Assembly (NCBI GenBank): GCA_965287045.1
Contig: OZ336884.1
Span: 14,570,001-14,634,000 of the forward strand
Length of the DNA: 64,000 nucleotides
Source of the DNA: Carcharhinus amblyrhynchos
Lineage: Eukaryota
Direction of reading: 5' to 3'
Numbering within the stretch: position 1 is the first letter of the stretch; every line of letters begins with the position of its first letter. Below are positions 1 through 64,000 of the stretch, piece after piece. The notes beneath the pieces are model-generated. The model was not told the origin of the DNA, made no database searches, and saw nothing but the letters and a program-made list of their open reading frames with translations. The position numbers and the translations under genes are program-made.

Positions 1-167
1 AGCCTGATATATGTGGAACTCTACGAAGGCATTTCCCCACTGATCCATTGGGGAAAGTTACGGGATTTGTGTTTTTCCTTTTTTTTTTCCTAATACATCA
101 GGAAATAACTAACTTCAGCACTGTAAAATCTTAATTGTCAATTACAGTAAGTATCTGCTCAAGCACA

Positions 168-641
168 ATTAGAGAGAGTGCCGGGACTTGATGGTTTAAG
201 TTATAAGGAGAGGCTCGATAGACTGGGACTTTTTCCTCTGGAGCGTAGGAGGCTGAGGGGTGACCTTATAGGGGTCTATAAAATAATGAAGGGCATAGTT
301 CAGCTAGATAGTCAATATCTTTTCCCAAAGGTAGGGGAATCTAAACTTAGAGGGCATAGGTTTAAGGTGAGAGGGGAGAGGTACAAAAGGTCCAGAGGGG
401 CAATTTTTTTGATACACAGGGTGGTGAGTGTCTGGAACAAGCTGCAGAGCTGGTAGTAGTAGAGGCAGGAACAATATTGTCTTTTAAAAAGTGTTTAGGT
501 AGTTACATGGGTAAGATGGGTATAGAGGGATGTGGGCCAAACATGGGCAATTGGGACTAGCTAAGTGGCAAAAACATATGGGTGGGATGGACAAGTTGGG
601 CCGAAGGGCCTGTTTCCAGGCTGTAAACCTCTATGACTCTA
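168..641 (+). mobile_element. CR1 LINE 3' fragment
   Basis: ORF2 C-terminus (YKERLDRLGLFPLERRRLRGDLI) plus 3' UTR ending in ctctatgactctat. Confidence 0.9.
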
Positions 642-1311
642 TATGGATAATAAATGCTAGCTTAGCCAATGATGCCCATGCCCTGTGGGGGGGGGGAATA
701 ATTAAAAATTCAGTCATAATTTTTGTAAAGATGTTTTGTGCTTCAGTTTGCTATCCTTGACAGTAAAATCTGCAGTACTGCAATCTTAAGGTGTTGCAAA
801 TAAACAAATGTTAATAAACAAGGGATGTTTCAATGATGTAGTCATTGATATTGTTGTATTAGCATACAATCAACTTCACCTCTGTTTAGTTTGTTTGTTT
901 AAATTGTTAAAAGGATATGAACAAAAGCAAAAATGGAAAGATTGCTTAGCAGCTGTCACAAGCAGCACATAGGTTCAGTTCCTGTAACTTCAGACTATAA
1001 ATTGAAGTGGAAACACTATTTAGAAGAAAATTTAATGCTCATAAAATATGATCAATACAGGATGGCTATTTTGTGTGAGATTGAAGGGATTCTTATATTT
1101 TGACAACAGTTTTTGTAGTAGCATGTGCTGAAGTCACTGAATAGTTAAGCTCAGTGCTGCATCTGTCATTTTTCCAGGATGCATGAGAGTAGTAGCATTT
1201 GACTTGAGCACAAATAACTTTATGTAAGTTTTAAAACCACTTCTCTGAGGAGAAATAACTAAGTTAAAACTATATATTTTTTAACGTATTATTGTTTTCA
1301 AACATTTTGTG

Positions 1312-2170
1312 CCATAGAAGAAGAGTATTCAGTCCATCATGTTGACACCAGCCAAACAAGAGTTATCCAGCCTGATCCCACTTTCCAACTCTTCGTTGGT
1401 CATCTTCTAGGTTATTGCAAGTCAAGTGTATATCCAAATAATTTGAGGTAGTGAGTTCTAGAGGCCCACCATAGTTCAGCTAAATAGATTTTTCCTCAAC
1501 TCATTCTAATCCTTCCAATTACTTTAAACGTATACACCAGGTTATTAACACCTTTGCTATAAAAATTGGGTCTTTTATATCCACTTTATCTAAGTCCCTC
1601 TTAATTTTATACATCCCAACTGGTTATCCACTGTAAAGTCCTATGGCTCAGTAGGTAGTTTCCCTGCCTCTGAGCCAGAAGCTCTGGTTCAAATCCCCTT
1701 CCAGGATTTATTGGCCACAAGAGGAGATTTTGTAAAGCTGTTCAGAATTTGGGAGATTTTGTAAAGCTGTTCAGATGTTGGTAATGAGCCTGCTAATCCT
1801 TGCACCCCTTCCGCATTGGGAACAAAAAAAGTGTGTGATACCAAAAATTTCCCTCTGTTCTTGCGGGGAGAAAACAACCCTAGTCTGCTAAATTTTTTTC
1901 TTTTAGCTAAAATTCTCCATTCCCGACAACATCCTGGTAAATCCCTTCTCTACCCAACGAGAGTGGTCTCATCCTTTCTGTCCTGTACATGCTATTGTTG
2001 CTGTGTCTTAACTAGTGTTTTATAAAGCTCTAGCATAAACCCTCCTCTTATATTCTATATTGTGGCTAATTATGGAAAGTATTTCAAAATGCCTTCTTAA
2101 CCACCTGATCCTCCTGTCCTGCTACTTTCACAGATTTGTGGACATGTACTCCCAAGGTCCCTCTATTGCA
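1312..2170 (-). mobile_element. Degenerate CR1 3' fragment interrupted by a SINE
   Basis: Reverse-complement CR1 ORF2/3' UTR motifs on both sides of 1635-1840. Confidence 0.6.
1638..1830 (+). mobile_element. tRNA-derived SINE head with an internal 24-bp direct repeat
   Basis: A box TGGCTCAGTAGG and B box GGTTCAAATCC; ggagattttgtaaagctgttcaga occurs twice. Confidence 0.65.
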
Positions 2171-2271
2171 CTACACCTACAACCTTTTTTTAGTTATTTA
2201 GTTTTTTGTTTATTTCTTTTAGATTATTTGTGTGATGTGAGCATCGCTAAGGCCAGCATTTGTTGCTCCTA

Positions 2272-3210
2272 TGAACATGCATATGAATTAGGAGCAGGCA
2301 TAGGCTACACGGCCCCTCAAGCCTACTCTGTTATTCGATAAGATCATGGCTGATCTGATTGTAACTTTAACCCCATATTCATATGGTCCCCATTAACCTT
2401 TCACCCCATTGCTAACTAAGAATCTAACTAGCTCTGCCTTAAAAATATTCAATGACTCTGATTCCATTGCCATTTGAAGAAGAGTTCTAGAGACTCATGA
2501 CCATTTGAGAGAAAACAATTATCCTAAGCTCTGTCTTAAATGAGCAATTTTTTTTCTCTCCACACCACCCCCCACCCCCAACCTTATTTTTAAATAGTGA
2601 CAGATTCTCCAACAAGAGGAAAAGTCTTGTAAACACCACTTAGGATCTTAACAGTTTCAAACATGTTGTCTCTTTCCCATTTAAACTCTAGTGGATACAA
2701 ACCTAACTTCTCCAACCTTTCTTCACAAGACAACCCACCCATTCCTAGTATTAGTCTAACAAACCTTCTCTGAACTGCTTCTAATACATTTGCATCTTTC
2801 CTTAAATAAGGAGACCAGTACGGTATACAATACTCCAGATGTGGGTCTCACCAATGCCATAAATAACCGAAGTATAGCCTTCTTGATCACTTACTGGACC
2901 TGTATACTAGCCTTTTGTGATTCATGCACTTAGCTACCCAGATCAGAGTTCTGCAATCTCTCACCACTTAAATGATCAGCTTTTTTATTTTGTTTGGTGC
3001 CGAAATGGACAATTTCACACTTACCCATGTTATAGTCCATTTGCCAGATTTTTGCACGTACATAATCTATCCTTTTGTAGCCTCTAAGTCCATTTCACAG
3101 TTTACTTTTCTATCTATATTTATGTCATCAGCAAATTTTGTATACATTGTTAAAAATTTGAAGACCCAGCATAGATCCCTGTGAGATGCCACTCATTGAA
3201 TCTTGCCAAC
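2272..3210 (-). mobile_element. Degenerate CR1 LINE fragment
   Basis: Tail gaattaggagcagg, then ORF2 antisense motifs (atactccagatgtgggtctcacc, gtcatcagcaaa). Confidence 0.8.
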
Positions 3211-3511
3211 TAAAAAAAAGTCAGCCATTGAGCATATGTTGATCCATTACTTAAGTTTGCTTTAGCTAATTCCACTTTCATGCTATCCTAATTGTCTTAA
3301 TTTCAGTTTAAAATACTAGTCTTGGACGCACTCTTCTCTCCCTCAAACTAAATGTAAAATTTAATCATATCATAGTTGCAGTTACCAAGGGCTGCCTTCA
3401 TCATGAAGTTATAAATTAATCCTATCTCATTGCGCAATACCAGGTTCAGCATAACCTGCCTTCTACTTGATACCAGAACATGCTGTTCTAAGAAACTATC
3501 CTGAAAACACT

Positions 3512-3865
3512 AAAGAACATAAGAACTAGGAGCAGGAGTAGGCCATCTAGCCCTTCAAGCCTGCCCTGCCATTCAATAAGATCATAGCTGATCTGAAGTG
3601 GATCAGTTCCACTTTCCTGCTTTCTCCCCAAAACCCTTAATTCCCTTGTCTATCAGAAATCTATCTACCCGCGACTTAAATACATTCAATGAGGTAGCCT
3701 CCACCACTTCAATGGACAGAGAATTCCAGAGATCCACCACCCTTTGAGTGAAGAAGTTCCTCCTCAACTCCGTTCTAAACTGTGCCCCCCCCCCACCTTA
3801 TTTTGAGACTGTGCCCCCTAGTTCTGTTTTCCTTTCGAAGCAGAAAGAATCTCTCTACCTCTGTC
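3512..3865 (-). mobile_element. CR1 3' fragment (young family)
   Basis: aagaacataagaactaggagcaggagtagg tail, near-identical to the copies at 7925 and 61730. Confidence 0.9.
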
Positions 3866-4327
3866 TCCTCACCCATTCTACCTTTGTCCATCTGATCTTT
3901 CCAATCTATATGTAGATTAAAATTCCTGTTTTCCCTATATGTAGATTAAAGATCCTGTTTTCTCTCTACCTCTCTTTGTGAATAGTGGACTTGCGTTAAT
4001 TCCGCTCCAATCTGTAGGAGCCATTCCAGAGTCCAAAGATAATATAGTGGATATTTAAACATAATCCATGATAATTTACTTATATTTGAGTTACAGAATC
4101 TATTCTGTTTTGTTATTTGCACAATTTAAAAATGTAGTAATTGCATTTTGATTTTGGCCTTTCTACAATGACCAGTGGTCAGTACCCTAATGCACAGTGC
4201 CTATAGTTTCAGCTAGTAAATTAGATGTTGTGATTTCAAATCTCACAGCAGCAAGATGTGAAATTGCAATCAATAAATTTGGAAATTATTGGAGTAGCAT
4301 CAAAAAAGTCACTATGAAAGCTATTAC

Positions 4328-4480
4328 AAAAGCTAAATACTGTGGATGCTGAGAATCTGAAATAAAGAGCAGGTTTGGCAGCATCTGAAAGATCTGATGA
4401 AAGATCACGGACCTGAAAGATTCACGTTGTTTCTACAGATGCTGCCGGACTTGCTGAGCATTTCTAGCATGTCCTGTTTC
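4328..4480. mobile_element. Penelope-type terminal palindrome remnant with a degenerate hammerhead core
   Basis: Imperfect inverted arms (atgctgagaa..agcaggtttggcagcatctg / cagatgctgccggacttgctgagcatttctagcat); CTGATGA..GACCTGAAA at 4394-4418. Confidence 0.55.
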
Positions 4481-4582
4481 TATAACTATGAGAATTATCA
4501 GATTATTGTAAAAACCTAATTAGATCAATAATGATTTTCATAGAAGGAAAACTTGAGCCCCATAACTCTCTTCCCATACTGT

Positions 4583-4785
4583 GGCTAATCCAGCTAACCT
4601 ACACAGCTTTGGACACCTAGGAGCAATTTAACATGGCCGATCGATCTACCTACCTACTGATCCTTGAACTGAGAGGAAACCGAGCACCTGGAGGAAACCC
4701 ACACAGACATAGGGATAGTCACACAAGGCCAGAATTGAACTCTCATCCCTGGCTGTGAGGCAGCAGTACTAACCACTGTGCTCCC
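4583..4785 (-). mobile_element. tRNA-derived SINE (HE1/V-SINE-like)
   Basis: Antisense of cacagtggttagtactgctgcctcacag and of the tgggtttcctccaggtgctc core. Confidence 0.8.
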
Positions 4786-5384
4786 CACGTATTGTGTATT
4801 GATTGCTGACCCCCTCCCCCCACTTCCTCCCACACTGCCTCTGGGTAAGAGGGCAAAAATCCAATGAGCATTGTAAGTAGTAAAGGCACCCAACCCATTG
4901 GTACAAGTGATGACAGAATGAGATTTGCAACGACAGTGCTGGAACAACGTGGTCAGCAGATATCCTGCCATACTGCAAATCTGAGTACAGTGGCCCAACT
5001 GAAATTTTCAAGCCCACATTTCCCTGTGAGGTTGCTACCTGTTTCAGCTATTGCTACTTTTAAATTGGCTGTGTGATTTATCAATGTAAATAACATTAGA
5101 ATGAGTTACAATACAATGAAAATATGACCGTTAGTGATTTTATGTGAAAATTGATATTACCCTTAGATGAGTTCTTAACAACAAGTTAACTACTTGGAGC
5201 TGAGGAATTCATGTTGATTTTCCTATGACAGGCAATTATTCTTATTGCAATTATATACATTGATTCTTTCTATCAATTATGTACATCAATTATCATATCA
5301 AATATACATCAATTCTATCGAGTTAGAAAAAGATTCTGATGCTGAGCTATTAAGTAATAAAATGCCTTCCCTTGTCCACCACAG

Positions 5385-61700
<56,316 letters not shown>

Positions 61701-61729
61701 TAAATTTGGTCAGCGGTGAATTTTATTAT

Positions 61730-62618
61730 AAGAACATAAGAAATAGGAGCAGGAGTAGGCCATCTGGCCCTTCGAGCCTGCCCCGCCATTCAATAAGATC
61801 ATGGCTGATCTGTCGTGGCTCAGTTCCACTTTCCCGCTTTCTCCCCATAACCCTTAATCCCCTCTCTTATCAAAAACCCATCAACCCGCGTCTTAAAAAT
61901 ATTTAGCGAGGCAGCCTCCACCACTTCAACGGGCAGAGAATTCCAGAGATTCACCACCCTTTGAGTGAAGAAGTTCCTCCTCAACTCCGTTCTAAACCGC
62001 CCCCCTTTTATCTTGAGGCTGTGCCCCCTAGTCCTACTGTCTTTTTTGAGCGGGAAGAGTCTCTCCACCTCTATCCTGTCCATCCCATTCATCATCTTAT
62101 ACGTCTCAATGAGATCTCCCCTCATTCTTCTAAACTCTAACGAGTACAAGCCTAGTTTATTCAGCCTCTCCTCATAGCTCAACCCCCTCAACTCCGGTAT
62201 CAGCCTAGTAAACCTCCTCTGCACTCCCTCCAAGGCCAAAATATCTTTGCGCAGGTGCGGCGCCCAAAACTGCACACAGTACTCCAGCTGCGGCCTCACC
62301 AATGCCCTATACAGCTGCAGCAAGACCTCCCTACTTTTATATTCAATCCCCCTTGCTATGAAGGCCAGCATCCCATTCGCCTTCCTGACCACCTGCTGCA
62401 CCTGCAAACTGGGTTTTTGCGACTCATGCACAAGGACCCCGAGGTCCCTCTGCACCGTCGCCTGCTGCAGTTTTTCACCCCGTAAGTAATAGTCCTTCCT
62501 ACCATTCTTCCTACCAAAGTGGACCACCTCACACTTGCCAACATTAAATTCCATTTGCCATTTCCTGGCCCATTCGCCCAGCCTATCTAGATCCTTCTGC
62601 AGACTCTCCACACCCTCC
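61730..62618 (-). mobile_element. CR1 LINE, 5'-truncated, young
   Basis: Uninterrupted ORF 61820..62620, near-identical to 30971..31705. Confidence 0.95.
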
Positions 62619-63504
62619 AAAGTTGAATCAGAATATTTGCCTTTTCACATTTTCTAACCACATTGTCATCTTTAAAAATGTGTCAGCACAGAAATCTCTC
62701 TTCTACTAGTTCATTAACAAATTTATCATTTAGGATACAGTTTGCATTCTTTTTCTCAAATTAATCCCCTTCGTCTGCATAGAATTGCATTTGCTCAGTC
62801 CTATCAATGACCATCTGCAATCATCTATTTTCTTCCTGACATTTCGCTATGTCTTCTAATTTGGCTTCATTAGAAGATTTTAATACTGTTCCTCTTGTAT
62901 CTATATCCAAAACATTGATGAAAAGCAGTAGATACCAGCACAAATCCTAAGCACACCATTACTCAGATTCTGGTAATCTGAAAAATAATATTTATTTCTA
63001 ATCTTTGTTTTCTATCATCACCTTGCAGTTATATGAGGAATATATTATGGTAAATCAGATACAAATGCATTTCATCTTTTGCAGCACCAGGCTCCTAGGA
63101 ATAGAATATTAATATAGACTGCAGAGGCATTAAGTATATGCAAAGCAATATGCATACAGTCAGTGGCACACTGCAGGGATGCCTTCAAACTGTAAGATGT
63201 TGCAAATATTCCGTCTCCAGCTTTGAAGGAGCCCAACGTGTAGTTGATGACCACAGCCGCTGGCAATGCAGAACTTCCCCTGCTCTGCAGCTGTAAGTGT
63301 GGCTGCAACAGTGGCTGATTCCAGTGAGAATGATCTTACTGCAGTGCAGACATGTGACACAGTATCCCTCTCTGAGATTCAAATTGGAGGATTTTTCCCT
63401 GAATGCTGTATTATGGCCATCTGCTAAGAGCTGTTCTGTGCCCCACCCCAATTCCTCGTCTCTCAACTCTCCCTGCTCTGCATCATTTCCTCTTATTCTC
63501 CCAG

Positions 63505-64000
63505 TCCAAGGACAAATTTGTTAAGAAAGCATATGGTATGCCTGCCTTCATCAGCCAGGGCATTGAGTACAAGAGTTGGGAAATCATGTTGCAGCTTTAT
63601 AAAACCTTGGTTAGGCTGTATTTGGAGTATCACGTGCAGTTGTGGTCACCACACTACCAGACGGACGTGGACGCTTTAGAGAGAGTGCAAAGAAGGTTCA
63701 CCAGGATGTTGCCTGGTCTTAAGGGCGTTGCTTGGTCTTAAATGTGTTGATTATGAGGAGAGGTTGAACAAAGTGGAATTTTTTTCCGCTGGAAAGACGG
63801 AGACTTGATAGAGGTCTATAAAATTATGAAAGGCATAGATAGATGGATAGTCAGAGGCTTTTTCCTAGGGTGAATGCCTCAATTACAAGGGGGCACAGGT
63901 TCAAGGTGAGAAAGAAAAAGTTTAAAGATGTGCGGGGCAAGTTTTTCACACAGAGTGGTGGGTGCCTAGAACGCCCTGCCAGGGACTGTGATGGAAGCAG
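63505..64000 (+). mobile_element. CR1 ORF2 fragment running off the window
   Basis: KKAYGMPAFISQGIEYKS..LYKTLVR..QRRFTRMLPG. Confidence 0.88.

Noticed and set aside
1-160. CFAP91 first exon or an exon ending at cagtaagt (about 144-151)
   Set aside because: No frame resembling the expected N-terminus (..YDFLYD) and no CpG-rich promoter; exon 1 probably lies upstream of the window.
1638-1700. tRNA gene
   Set aside because: A and B boxes are present, but there is no convincing acceptor stem or cloverleaf and no poly-T terminator. It is better explained as a SINE head. The same applies to the other SINE heads.
3906-3963. 29-bp tandem duplication (also AT-rich duplications near 43965-44020 and 45010-45065)
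   Set aside because: Ordinary slippage-type local duplications with no further structure.

Overview
Eukaryotic, repeat-rich vertebrate DNA, most likely from a shark (inferred from the CR1/HER1-like LINEs, HE1/V-SINE-like SINEs and Penelope, Rex1/Babar and Harbinger repeats). The window lies inside one large + strand gene. I assembled 14 GT-AG coding exons (5385-61672, 1918 nt) in one consistent reading frame, encoding a CFAP91 (MAATS1/AAT-1, radial-spoke/CSC protein) orthologue. The first exon and the last exons are not visible in the window, and exon numbers follow my recollection of the human gene. Introns are filled with 5'-truncated CR1 LINEs (including a young, near-identical family), an RTE LINE, Rex1/Babar fragments, Penelope-like fragments, Harbinger and Gypsy relics, a solo LTR and tRNA-derived SINEs, often nested. 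Most other ORFs in the track are repeat fragments or antisense shadows. The most interesting signals are: (i) a Penelope-derived palindrome carrying two oppositely oriented minimal hammerhead ribozyme motifs with a compensatory stem I change, (ii) recurrent perfect fold-back or templated structures at CR1 5' junctions, and (iii) inverted pairs of young CR1 copies flanking CFAP91 exons. TE boundaries are approximate unless a TSD is quoted. No database searches were run.
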